A DNA stretch of 64,000 nt from Mobula hypostoma (lineage: Eukaryota): assembly GCF_963921235.1 (NCBI RefSeq), contig NC_086097.1, positions 183,522,001 to 183,586,000 of the forward strand, read 5' to 3'. Position 1 is the first letter of the stretch; every line of letters begins with the position of its first letter. A program made the position numbers and the translations under genes. The notes beneath the pieces are model-generated. The model worked only from the letters and a program-made list of their open reading frames with translations. It searched no databases and had not been told where the DNA came from. Shown in pieces: positions 38,893 through 49,892 of the stretch.

Positions 38893-40888
38893 CAGTGGAT
38901 TCTAGTTAAATGGACCATCGGTTCATCAAGGCAGCTGCTTATTTGAGACAAATCTTAAAGAACGAAAACTAATCAAGAAAATAGCTGGGATTCCTTTTGT
39001 TTATTAGGGACACTATGCTGCTTAATTGGGACAGGAGACTGTTGCTGCACAGATTTTAACTAATGTCAATGGCATGCACTTGTGTGTGGCCACTAGACAC
39101 TACACCATGCTAAGAGCAAACAATTTTAAGACAGTGTCGATTGCGTGTGTTTGTGTTCAAAAAGCAGTGATTTTTGTCACTGATAGTTGACATGAGATAA
39201 GCAGTAAGACAATTCAGAACTGTTTTGCACACTATGGTTTCAAGCATCCAGGCTTGGAGATGCCAGAAATAGCCAGGAGTGAAAATGAAACGATTTCACT
39301 ACGGGTGTCCCCCGCTTTTCGAACGTTCGCTTTACGAAACCTCACTGTTATGAAAGACCTACATTAGTTACCTGTTTTCGCTAACAGAAGGTGTTTTCAC
39401 TGTTACGAAAAAAGGCAGCACGTGAAAAAAAGCAGTGCGTGAAAAAAAGCAGTGCGCGCCCTGAGCAGCCGCTCCTCCCCTGGATTCGGAACAGCATTCT
39501 CGCCGACATTGCTTAAACACGTGCCTGTGAGCATCCGTTTGCAAGATGAGTTCTAAGGTATTGGAAAGGCCTAAAAGAGCTCCTAAGGGTGTTACACTTA
39601 GCGTAAAACTAGACATAATTAAGCATTTCGATCATGGTGAACAAAACAAGGACAAAGTGAATTTGGCTTGTGGAAGATGACGAAGATTATGTTGAAGAGA
39701 TTTTGGCATCCCATGACCAAGAACTGATAGAAGAAGAGCTGATGCAATTGGAAGAGGAAAGGATCCCCTAATCTGAGGAAAGACATCCTTGCCATAGAGG
39801 GAGTACAAAGAAGGTTCACCAGATTGATTCCTGGGATGGCAGGACTTTCATATGAAGAAAGACTGGATGAACTAGGCTTGTACTCGTTGGAATTTAGAAG
39901 ATTGAGGGGGGATCTGATTGAAACATATAAAATCCTGAAGGGATTGGACAGGCTAGATGCAGGAAGATTGTTCCCGATGTTGGGGAAGTCCAGAACGAGA
40001 GGTCACAGTTTGAGGATAAGGGGGAAGCCTTTTAGGACTGAGATTAGGAAAAATTTCTTCACACAGAGAGTGGTGAATCTGTGGAATTCTCTGCCACAGG
40101 AAACAGTTGAGGCCGGTTCATTGGCTATATTTAAGAGGGAGTTAGATATGGCCCTTGTGGCTACGGGGATCAGGGGGTATGGAGGGAAGGCTGGTGCAGG
40201 GTTCTGAGTTGGATGATCAGCCATGATCATAATAAATGGCGGTGCAGGCTCGAAGGGCCGAATGGCCTACTCTTGCACCTATTTTCTATGTTTCTATGAT
40301 AACAATCAAAACCAAATGCAGTAGCAAATGGACCGAAAGTGAAGTCATCCAGGAACTGAACGTGAAGCAACTGCATGAGATTTTTGCTGCAATGATTGCA
40401 GAAAAGTACGACTTTAATTTTGAAAGGGTACGTAGGTTAAGGGCATATTTGCAGGATGGATTGGGTGCTTACAAAGAACTGTATGATCTAAAAATGCGCA
40501 AGGTTAAGCAGTCAAGCAAGCTTTCCACATCAGCCACAGCAGACAATGAACCTCAACCTTCGACATCGAGGCAGGCAGACATAGAAGAAGATGACCTGCC
40601 TGCCCTGATGGACGATGAGATGACACCCCAGTGTCCCACTACCCCAATCCCCGGGCTGCGGACAGATACAGATCCACGGAGAATGCAGCGGTAGCTGGGA
40701 TGCACCCAGCACGTCTTTAAGAAAAAAAGCCAAAATAAACAAGCTAGTTAATTAGGTACCACCCGGCATGTAAATGTCAGCCCAGATCAGAGGCAATTTT
40801 AACTATTTCCATAAAACTTTGGCTAATCGGAGTTTAATTGGACCAAAATATACTGGTCCCAATTGTCCCTATTAACTGGAATCCATGT
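38893..40888 (+). mobile_element. Tigger/pogo-type DNA transposon composite (non-autonomous)
   Basis: Outer TIRs cagtggattctagttaa (38893) / ttaactggaatccatg (~40872-40887); inner element from ~39302 (cgggtgtcccccgc) with a CENP-B-type HTH remnant MSSKVLERPKRAPKGVTLSVKLDIIKHFDHGE at 39547. Confidence 0.75.
39765..40297 (+). mobile_element. Young CR1 3' end inserted in the Tigger element
   Basis: Unbroken ORF 39824-40207 (LGLYSLEFRRLRGDLIETYKIL...FFTQRVVNLWNSLP); (tttctatg)2 tail; host gaaagGAT/GATaacaatc rejoins. Confidence 0.92.
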
Positions 40889-41769
40889 ATTTTTCTTATT
40901 GTAATTTATAGATTAAAAAAATATATTATACATTGCAATGTATCGCTGCCACAAAACAAAATATTTCATAATATACGTCAAAAATATTAACCCCGATTCT
41001 GATTCTGAGTTTAGGGGCCCACCCAAAAAATGAAGTCCATTGTTAAGGATTCTGTCAAACATCTCCGTGTTAGAAGTAAGGTTTCCTCTTCAGCTGGCAT
41101 TCTGCACAGTGAATGCACTCTAATGCCACTGAGGAAACTGCCGAAGTTGTACATTGATCCCTCACACTTGCAAGTATGGAGATGTATAATTTTCCATGTA
41201 TTTTCTGCATGACAGCTTCTTCTCAACTACAAAGCAGGGGGTCTTGAACATTTTTAAAGGAGTATGAGAAATTCCCAGCTCAGTAATAATTTCCTCTTTA
41301 CATATAAACGTCTAAAGGTAAAAATCTTCAGGCTCTGCAGCAGAAGGAAACTTGGGACCAGCTTCTCTACAAAATCTTTTTGTTTGATTACATCACTTTC
41401 ACTTACTTATCTATCATGACATGCTCTCCTCTAAACCTTTCAATCAATGTGTCCCTCAGGTGTGTCATCTAAACTTGGTACATAAACAATTTTGATGTAT
41501 CAGAATTGCCTGTTTGAAATGTCAGCTTCTTGCTCTTTGCTCATGTCAGATATATCATCTTGAGAAGCCACTGTTCAAAAGGAAAGTGAAATATGTTACT
41601 GAGATGAAGTAGTTAATTACAGAATATGAAAGCCATTCTGCCTGTCATTCTGCTGAAGGACAGAGAGGTTGGCACTTTATTAACAGAATTGTGGCAGATG
41701 GGCAGGAATACAGGAACTAAATGATCATCCACATTGGTAGAAAAACACAATAATGATGGCTATTTTTTT

Positions 41770-42358
41770 AAATCATGAGAGTATGGGAAATATCGATGTT
41801 CAGAGAAACCTAGATATCTTTGTATATAAATCATTGAGAGCTAACGTGCTATGCAACAGGCATTTAGAAGGGGGAAATAGCATGTTGGTCTTTATTTCTA
41901 CATGACAAAAATGTCTTTCTGGAATTTCTGAGGGACCTACCCAGAACTTGCTTGGATAAATGTGTATGATACAACAAAGATTCACCTGACTAATTTCTGG
42001 GATGGTTTGTTTGTCATATGAGCAGAAACTAAACACCTATTCATTTGAGCATAGAAGAATGAGAGTAATTCTTAAAAGGCTTAGGATAATAGATGTCAGG
42101 AGGATGATACTACTGTTTATAACCAATGGATTACTGTTACAAAATAAGAACTAAGTCAGAAATGAGGAGAAATTTCTTCATTCAGATGGTGGAGAGATTT
42201 TTCAATAATTTAACGATATTGATAACAAACAAATGTCGATGATAGAAAAATGGAGAACTATGTAGGAGAGAGGATTAGATTGAATTTATGAGATTGGCAC
42301 GTCATTGTGGGCCGAAGGGTCTGTACTGTACTGTAATGTTCTAAGCTCTATGTTCTAA
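41770..42358 (+). mobile_element. Old CR1 fragments
   Basis: Decayed CR1 C-terminal sequence and tail gggccgaagggtctgtactg...ttctatgttcta-like end. Confidence 0.65.
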
Positions 42359-42359
42359 A

Positions 42360-42560
42360 TAAAACCACAAATGCTGGAATATGAAAAGCTGGATGAACTA
42401 AGCAAGCCATTGTATTTGCATAAAGGGAAACTAGTTAATATTTCAGGTTAGGAACCATTCCTCAGAATTACTCTGGGAAAACATTAAACAAGTTTAACCT
42501 TCCATAGAAGCTGTGTGACTGGCTGAGTTCTTCCAGCATTCTTTTTTGTTTTGGAATTCT
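42360..42560. mobile_element. Old inverted Penelope pseudo-LTR pair
   Basis: gctggatgaactaagc / gctgagttcttccagc inverted arms; minus 42431-42470 holds CTGAGGA...GAAA, a decayed hammerhead core. Confidence 0.55.
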
Positions 42561-42614
42561 TTACCGTGGAGCGGTGTGAAGGCCCAGTCATTGATTAATT
42601 CAAAACAGAGATCA

Positions 42615-43180
42615 AGCTTCAAGATTGTTTAATGTCATTTCCTGTACACAAGTGTAAGGAGAATGAAACAATGGTTACTCTGGATCCAATGCAGCACAGA
42701 AACCCACCAAATATAAAGAAAATAATAATAAAAACACAATATATATACATAACAAAACTTCTATAATTGATTGAATGTAGCATCCTCTCCGATGTGAATG
42801 GGGCAAACAGTCCATGAATAGGATGTGTGGGATCCTTCATGAGGTTACTACTGGCCCTTTCCTGGCACTGGAGGGTAGGCTGGTGCCAGTGATGCGTAGA
42901 GCAGCTTAGACAACCCATTGTAATGCCTTGCTGTCCGCCGCAGTGCAGTAATGCAGCTTGCAATGATGCTTCCCTACTGAGCATCTGTAGATTGGCATGA
43001 GTGTGGATGTCCAAAGTCCAGCTCTCTTCAGCCTTGTCAGAAAGTAAAGGCATAGGTGAGCTTTCCTGATTGTGTAGGATGTGCTCTGGGACCATGGGAG
43101 TTTGTGTGTGATGTGCAGTGCCAGATAGATTGAGGGACTGGATACAGGGCAGGAAAATAGTGTTTGGGGTTTGACATCTT
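42615..43180 (-). mobile_element. Rex1/Babar-type 3' fragment
   Basis: MKDPTHPIHGLF within ORF 42619-43185; tail ttcaagattgtttaatgtcatt. Confidence 0.7.
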
Positions 43181-43876
43181 ATCATGAATTTGTTGAATGA
43201 TGGTGCAGGCTCGAGGGGCCATATGCCCTCGTCCTGGAAATGTTCTTCCCTAATATTAAAGAGCAGGATGCCTTTATAGTTGTTTCATTCGATATGCTTC
43301 TTATAGGTCTGCTTCTGACTAAAATAAAATGGTGTGTGAATTACAGGTCTCAATACAGTAAGGATGCAGTAAGTGCAGATGTAAGCTATTTGTTCCACCA
43401 ATTAATAGGATCATTGGTTTTCTTGTGTCTCAAGTTTATTCTCCTGGCCAACCCCACATCATCATCTTCTCTCAATTTCCAAAATAAAATCTGTGGTTTG
43501 TACACTGCTATTGTACCAAGCTTGCAGGTTTTGCCACCTTTGCTGCAATTTTAACTGCACTTCTGCTCTCACCTCATCTCCATCAGGAACACAGATGGGA
43601 TTCTACCTGTCCTTGCACACCTGCCTAATCCACTGTAATTTCTACCACTATAAACATTTGTCATCACCAGGTACATCTTCCCCTTGCCTTCCATTTCAGC
43701 TTTCCAATGTGCCTGTTGTTTCAATGACTACCTACCTTACTCTTGCATCTCCACCAATACTCATTCTCCTGATGGCAATTTCCCATACAGTTACAGAGAT
43801 AAAACACCTGCCCTTTTACCTCTTCTCCTCCCACCTTCCAGGGACCAAAGCTTCCTTCCAGGTGGATTAGCAATTC

Positions 43877-44163
43877 AACAGGAATTCTGCAGATGCTGGA
43901 AATTCAAGCAACACACTTCCTGGACCTCCTGTCCCATGATCCTCTCGTATCCCTTTTGCCAATCACCTGTCCAGCTCTTGGCTCCATCCCTCCCCCTCCT
44001 GTCTTCTCCTATCATTTTGGATCTCCCCCTCCCCCTCCAACTTTCAAATCCCTTACTCACTCTTCCTTCAGTTAGTCCTGATGAAGGATCTCGGCCTGAA
44101 ACGTCGACTGCACCTCTTCCTAGAGATGCTGCCTGGCCTGCTGCGTTCACCAGCAACTTTGAT
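43877..44163 (+). mobile_element. Young Penelope pseudo-LTR insertion with inverted ~40-nt tail
   Basis: 15-bp TSD gtggattagcaattc at 43862-43876 and 44164-44178; 43876-43916 is the reverse complement of the family terminus seen at 44609-44651. Confidence 0.9.
44073..44110 (+). ncRNA. Minimal type-I hammerhead ribozyme motif (copy A)
   Basis: UAGUC-CUGAUGA-AGG(aucucgg)CCU-GAAA-CG-UC-GACUG: full conserved core, stem I AGUC/GACU, stem II AGG/CCU, predicted GUC cleavage after 44105. Confidence 0.8.
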
Positions 44164-44519
44164 GTGGATTAGCAATTCTCTTGTATTTCAATTTATTGTA
44201 TTGCTTCAGTGCTCTTCTGTATCAACAAATGAAGATTCAGTGGTCGTTTTGCAGAGGACCTCTGTTCATTCATAGAGTCAGAGCACAGAAACTTTCTCTT
44301 TGTTCTATTGGCTCACCTAGCCTGTGCTGAACTGTTATTCTATCTAATTCCATATCCCTCCTATCCATGTAATTATACAACCTCCTCTTAAATGTTGCAA
44401 TCAAGCCTGCATCCACCACTTCTGCTGTCAGCTTGTTCCACACTTGTGCCACCCTCTGAGCGAAGAAGTTTCTCCCTCAGGTTCCCATATTTCACCTTTT
44501 ACCCTTAACTTATGACTTC

Positions 44520-44557
44520 TGGTTCTGACGAAGGGTCTCGGCCTGAAACGTCGACTG
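44520..44557 (+). ncRNA. Minimal type-I hammerhead ribozyme motif (copy B)
   Basis: UGGUU-CUGACGA-AGG(gucucgg)CCU-GAAA-CG-UC-GACUG; core intact; the 5' strand of stem I comes from flanking target DNA and pairs mostly by G-U wobble. Confidence 0.7.
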
Positions 44558-44654
44558 CACCTCTTCCTACAGATGCTGCCTGGCCTGCTACGTTCACCAG
44601 CAACTTTGATGTGTGTTGCTTGAATTTCCAGCATCTGCAGAATTCCTGTTGTTT
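44527..44654 (+). mobile_element. Young Penelope terminal fragment
   Basis: 12-bp TSD acttctggttct at 44515-44526 and 44655-44666; near-identical to 44080-44165. Confidence 0.9.
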
Positions 44655-45698
44655 ACTTCTGGTTCTCGTTCGGTCCATACAAATTTGAATGGAATGTCTC
44701 TTTGCTATGGAGAATAAGAAGAGCTGAACCCATTGCCCTGCTATCTTTAGTTTCTGTTCTTTGTACCTAGTAGCTAGACTTCTGCAGCTCTACGTTTCCA
44801 ATACTCTTTCTTCTATTAGCATTTAATAAAACAATCATGAAGCAACTAGTTTTATGCCCTTTTCTTGACTTCTAAAAGAACCTTGGATCAAAAACATCAG
44901 AATCCAACATGACTTAGTGACGTGGGTTGTACCATCAGTGTTGGCCAACACAGTGGTAAGAGAACATTCCATCTGTGAAATAGTGCTATGAGTCTGCATA
45001 TGGTCTGCATGATTCGTATCCCAATCCAGTACCCTAAACATTTCTTTCCATCCATCACAGACACACTAAAACTGCAATGTGTACCAGCTACAAAATGCAA
45101 TGCACTTACTAGGGTGCACCTTCTAAACCTCTCAATCAGCAAGTAGCAGGGGCATTAAGAACAACACAGCCTGAATCCTTCTCCCTAAACCCAACTTGTC
45201 ATTGATAAATTCATTTATTATTGTTGCATGAACTAAGGTACAGTTTAAAAAAAAAATTGTATGTCATCCACACAGATAATGCCAAGTGGGTGTGAGTTGG
45301 AGACAGTTGCTTGTGGACTTTACAGGGCAGGTTTAAAAAGCAACTGGGGCCCTCCAGGACTTTCTACTGAGTGGGAGATTGCAGAGAGAGTGAGAGGGAG
45401 TCCTTGTGGACTTTACTTGCCAGATTGGTTTGGCAGATGAATGCGTGGCTGAGGAATTGATACAGGGGAAAGGGTTTCAGGTTTCTGGATCATTGAGATC
45501 TCCTCTGGGGAAGGCTGTTGAAGAGGGTTTAAACTAATTTGGCAGAGAGCTGGGGACTGGAGTGATTGGGGCTGAGGATGGGGCAGTAGGTATACAAGTA
45601 GATGCAGCCTCACAGAGTGAATTGGAGACAGTTCCTTGTGGACTTTACATGCCAGGTTTAAAAAAGCAACCAGAGACTGTGAAGAAAGAAAATTACAG

Positions 45699-46387
45699 AG
45701 AGATTAGATTAGATTATGAGGGCACTCAGTCCTCGTTTATTGTCATTTAGTAATGCATGCATTAAGAAATGATACAACGTTCCTCCAGTATGATATCACA
45801 GAAACACAAGACAGACCAAGACTAAAACTGACAAAAACCACATAATTATAACATATAGTTACAACAGTGCAAAGCAGTACCATAATTTGATGAAGAACAG
45901 ACCATGGGCACTGTAAAAAAAAGTCTCTAAGTCCCGATAGCCCCATCATCTCATGCCGACGGTAGAAGGAAGAAAAACTCTTCCTGCCCTGAACCTCCAG
46001 CGCCGCAAACTTGCCAATGCAGCACCCTGGAAGCACCCGACCACAGCCGACTCTGAGTCTGTCCGAAAACTTCGAGCCTCTGACCAGCCCTCCGACACCG
46101 AGCACCAAGCACCATCTCTGCCGAGCGCTTCAATCCCGGCTCCGGCCACCAAGCAACAGGCAAAGCTGAGGATTCGGGGCCTTCCCCCCCTCCCAGAGAT
46201 TCTGGATCGCACAGTAGCAACGGCAGTGAAATGGGCATTTCAGAAGTTTCACCAGATGTTCCTCCGTGCTTCTCACATCTGTCCCCATTAAATCAGGATT
46301 GTGCACGGCATCCTACTTGACAGATAACCGATATTCATACTGGAGTGGCCACTGCACGCTGCATCGCGCCGCCATCTTCTCTTCAAT
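45699..46387 (-). mobile_element. Non-coding retroposon with 5' YY1 motif (copy 1)
   Basis: 7-bp TSD attacag at 45692-45698 and 46388-46394; (aatct)n tail; AAGATGGCGGC at 46368-46378; homologous end to end with 62035-62657. Confidence 0.8.
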
Positions 46388-47296
46388 ATTACAGTCAGTG
46401 AGGTGAGTTGAAGTGTAACACTGGACAACATTGAAAAGGGTGATGAACACAGGACTGAAGGTGTTATATTTGAATGCATGGTCAGTATATGGAAAATGGT
46501 AGACATCCTGCAAGGCAATCCTGCAGTGCAGTTAGAGATTGGCGGTATGACTTTGTGGGCATCACTGAGATGTGGCTGAAAGAAGATTACAGATGGGAGC
46601 TTAACATCCAAGGATACACATTATATCAAACGGACAGACAGTCTGGCAGGTAGGCAGAAGGAGTGGCACGGCTCTATTGGTAAAACATGAAATCAAATCC
46701 TTCGAAAGAGGTAACATTGGATTGGAAGATGTAGGATCCTTCTGGGTAGAGTTAAGAAACTGCAAGTGTAAAAAGAGCCTGATGGGTATTATATACAGAC
46801 CTCTGGACAGTAGCCAGGATGTGGGGTACAAATTACAGCACGAGAAGAGAAAACATGTAAAAAGTGCAACATTACGAAAGTGATTGGGGATTTCAATGTG
46901 CAGATAGACTGGGAAAATCAGGTTGGTGCTAGATCCTAAGAAATGGAATTTGTAGAATGCCTAAGAGATGGCTTTTCAGAGCAGCCTGTGGTTGAACCCA
47001 CCAGGGAAAAGGCAATTCTGGATTGAGTGTTGTGTAATGAACAAGATTTGATTCGAGAGCTTAATATAAAGGAACCCTTAGGAGGCAGTGACCATAAACG
47101 ATAGAATTCATGCTGCAGCTTGAGAGGGAGAAGATAAAGTCAGATATATCAGTATTAAAATGATAATTACAGACACATGAGGGAGAATCTGGCCAAGGTT
47201 TATTGGAAGGGGGTGCTAGCATGGATGACAGCAGAACAGCCATGGCTGGAGTTTTTAGGGGAAATTCAGAAGGGTAGGATAAATCCATTATAAAGA

Positions 47297-47911
47297 TCCG
47301 GAAGAATTGGCCTGAGAATCTCAATCATGTTCGGAAGCCTAAGATCTTGGGGCTCTGGAGACGGGCGAATTGAGAGTTGGTGTCACAGCAGGAGACTCGT
47401 GTCATCAGGGACGCTGGAAAATCTTTCGCTGTGGGCCCGAGGACCTGATGTCTTTGCGATCTTCACACACAGAGCTAAAAAAAAAATGACGGAACAGACT
47501 TTTAAGATTGTAAACTAGCGGGTTGTTGTTGTGTCTCCCGCTCACTGTGAAAATGGTGGACACCTCCCTCTCCCTTGCCAGGGAGAGAGAGAACCTGTGG
47601 TTTGTCGAATTGCGGATGAAATGCGAAGCTTTAAGGGTAACTATGGTTTGTGTCTTTGCTATTGCTTAGCACGTGCTTGGGCTCAGTGATGATACCGATG
47701 CGTATATTTTTTTGTTGGTGGGGGAGGGGGGATCATTACTCGCTGCTGCTTACGCGTGGGCGGAGGTTGCAGAAGGGAGACTTTGGCGTTTTTATGTTTA
47801 AGTGTCGTTCATTCTTTGGAGAACTTCTCTGTTTTTGTGGATGTTTGCGAAGGAAAAGCACTTCAGGATGTATATTGTATCCATTTCTCTAACATTAAAT
47901 TTGACCTTTGA
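47297..47911 (+). mobile_element. Non-autonomous retroposon inserted in CR1
   Basis: CpG-rich non-coding block interrupting CR1 (CR1 resumes aaagggaggatgaggcaacc at ~47911); ends attaaatttgacctttga. Confidence 0.6.
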
Positions 47912-48009
47912 AAGGGAGGATGAGGCAACCATGGCTGATAAGGGACAGCATAAAAAGAAAAGAGAGGTCATAATACAGCAAAAATGAGTGGGAAATTTAG
48001 AGAATAGAG

Positions 48010-49480
48010 GACTATTGGTGTGTCACAGGGATCAGTGTTGGGTCCATTGCTGTTTGTCATCTATATCAATGACCTGAATGTGAGTGAGTGAGTCCCCTGA
48101 TGGTCAGGGTTGACCATGGATGCTGTGTCCGAGCTGTCCAGATACCCCAGCCTGGGCAGTACAATATGGAGATCAAGCTGTTGCCCATGTAGCAAGCTCT
48201 CCCTCTCCATGCATCTGATGAACCCAAAGGACCAGAAGAGGCAGATACATTTTGGTACCAGCAGCATCGCAGGAGTTGCCAGTCAGCATTGAATTCAATA
48301 TAGGCCTACCTTAGGGACTCAACTGGAATTTTCACTCAGCGTATACTGCCAAAGCCTTCCCCATGAGTGGGCTTAGCTGTAAGGTGGCGGAGGTTTGAGA
48401 TCAGAGTTTTCTTTCTCCTAGATGAGCTGTCAATCAAGGCTGACGAGCCTCATCTGCACAAAGCGACTGGTTTTAAGGCAACAGTAACCTGCTTTTGCCC
48501 CTTCTTCTGTCAGTAGAAACGGTTCTGCTGGGTTTAGTAGCTAACATGTGAAGGCCAAGAGCTAGATGATAACGTGGTAAACTGAATCAGCAAATTTGCA
48601 GATGACACCAAGTTTGGGGGTGTAATAGACAGTGAGGAAGACTTAGCAAAGTTTGCAGCAGAATCTGGACCAAGTGGAAAAATGGGCTGGAAAATGTAAA
48701 TGGATTTTAATACAGACAAGTGTGAGGTGTTGCACTTTAGGAGGAGCAACTAGGGTAGGTCTTACATGGTGAGTGTTAGGGAACTGATGAGTGTGGTAGA
48801 ACAGAGGGATCTGACGGTGGCATCACAGGTATGCAGATAAAGTCGTAAGCAAAGCTTCGACATACGGGCCTTCATAAATCAATGCATTGAGTACAGGAGA
48901 TGGGATGTTGAAATCGCACAAGACATTGGTGAGGCCTAATTTGGAGTATTGTGTCCAGTTTTGGTTGCCTACCTACAGGAAAGATGTAAGTAAGATTGAA
49001 AGATTGCAGAGAAAGTTTACAAGGATGATGCTCAGGGTTGAGGACCTGAGCTACAAAAAAAGATTGAATAGGTTAGGATTTTGTTTCCTAAAATGCAGAA
49101 GACTGAGGGAGATATGATAGAGTATACAAAATTATTAGGGGTATTGATAGAGTAAATGCTAGCATATCTTTTCACTGAGGTTGGGTGAAACTAGAACTAG
49201 AGGTCATAGGTTAAGGGTGAAAGGTGAAATGTTTAAGGGGAGCATGAGGGAGATCTTCATTCAGAGGTTGCTGAGAGTGGGGAATGAGCTGCTAGCTGAA
49301 GTGAAGGATTCAGGTTTAATTTCAACATTTAAGAGAAATTTGGATAAGTGGCTGGATGAGAAGGGTATGGAGGTTTATGGTCCAAGTGCAGGTCGAAGGA
49401 AGTAGGCAGATTAATAATTCTGCACAGACCAGATGAGCCAAATGGCCTGTTTCTGTATTGTTGTGTTCTATGACTCTATA
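48010..49480 (+). mobile_element. CR1 RT + 3' end, interrupted at 48085-48565
   Basis: [29 protein letters not shown] (~48586), LVRPNLEYCVQFW; tail ttctatgactctat. Confidence 0.9.
48085..48565 (-). mobile_element. Non-autonomous retroposon with RTE-like 5' UTR (copy 2)
   Basis: Homologous to 12420-12995; (gagt)n at its 3' end; interrupts the CR1 RT between INDL and ISKFADD. Confidence 0.6.
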
Positions 49481-49890
49481 CCATCAAAACTGGCCTTTCT
49501 CCAATTTAGAATCTCAGCCCGAGGACTGGACCTATCCTTTTCCATAGTTACCTTGAAGCTTATGGCATTATGATCACTAGGTGCAAAGTGTTTCCTCTAC
49601 ATAAACCCCTGTCACCTGTCCTGCCTCATTCCCTAATAGGAGATCTAGTACCACACTCTGTGGTTAGAATTTCTGTGTACTGAACACATGTAACAAACTC
49701 TTTTCCATCCTGCCCTTTTACATCATCGGAGTCCCGGTCAATATATGGAAAGTTAAAATCACCTACCATCAGCATATTATGTTTCTTGCAACAGTCAGGG
49801 ACCTCTCTACAAATTTGCTCCCCTAAATCTCGCAAACTGTTGAATGGACGATAATATAATTCTATTAACGTGGTCATACCTTTCTCATTT
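49480..49890 (-). mobile_element. CR1 endonuclease fragment
   Basis: ORF 49626-49940 LYYRPFNS...MVGDFNFPYID. Confidence 0.8.
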
Positions 49891-49892
49891 AA

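Larger units (their letters stand above)
38310..41008 (+). mobile_element. Rex1/Babar-type 3' fragment whose 3' UTR is split by a Tigger composite
   Basis: LRRLGMSSKTL..., IIKDPHHPGHALFSLLPS; UTR resumes at ~40889 and ends in (gattct)2. Confidence 0.8.
43560..44240 (+). mobile_element. Old Penelope-like element fragment hosting a younger Penelope insertion
   Basis: HLPGTKASFQV followed, after the insert, by FSC.S..YCI-like sequence typical of the region entering the PLE GIY-YIG domain. Confidence 0.6.
44270..44680 (-). mobile_element. CR1 3' fragment hosting a Penelope insertion
   Basis: ORF 44270-44452 VWNKLTAEVVDAGLIATFKRRL; TRSHKLRVKGE. Confidence 0.8.
45290..48000 (+). mobile_element. 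CR1 5' region (UTR/ORF1 remnants, APE endonuclease), interrupted twice
   Basis: GITEMWL (~46558), FWVELRNCKCKKSLMGIIYRP, IGDFN (~46883), KEPLGGSDH (~47068); inserts at 45699-46387 and ~47297-47911. Confidence 0.8.

Noticed and set aside
40236..40694. 152-aa ORF
   Set aside because: Chimeric read-through from a CR1 3' UTR into a Tigger transposase C-terminal remnant.
45743..46291. Overlapping ORFs on both strands in a CpG-rich block
   Set aside because: Expected from the high GC content of a non-coding retroposon; the ORFs are not preserved in the homologous copy at 62035-62657.
48215..48260. CTGATGA as another hammerhead core
   Set aside because: No downstream stem II plus GAAA; the homologous copy at ~12544 reads CTGATAA.
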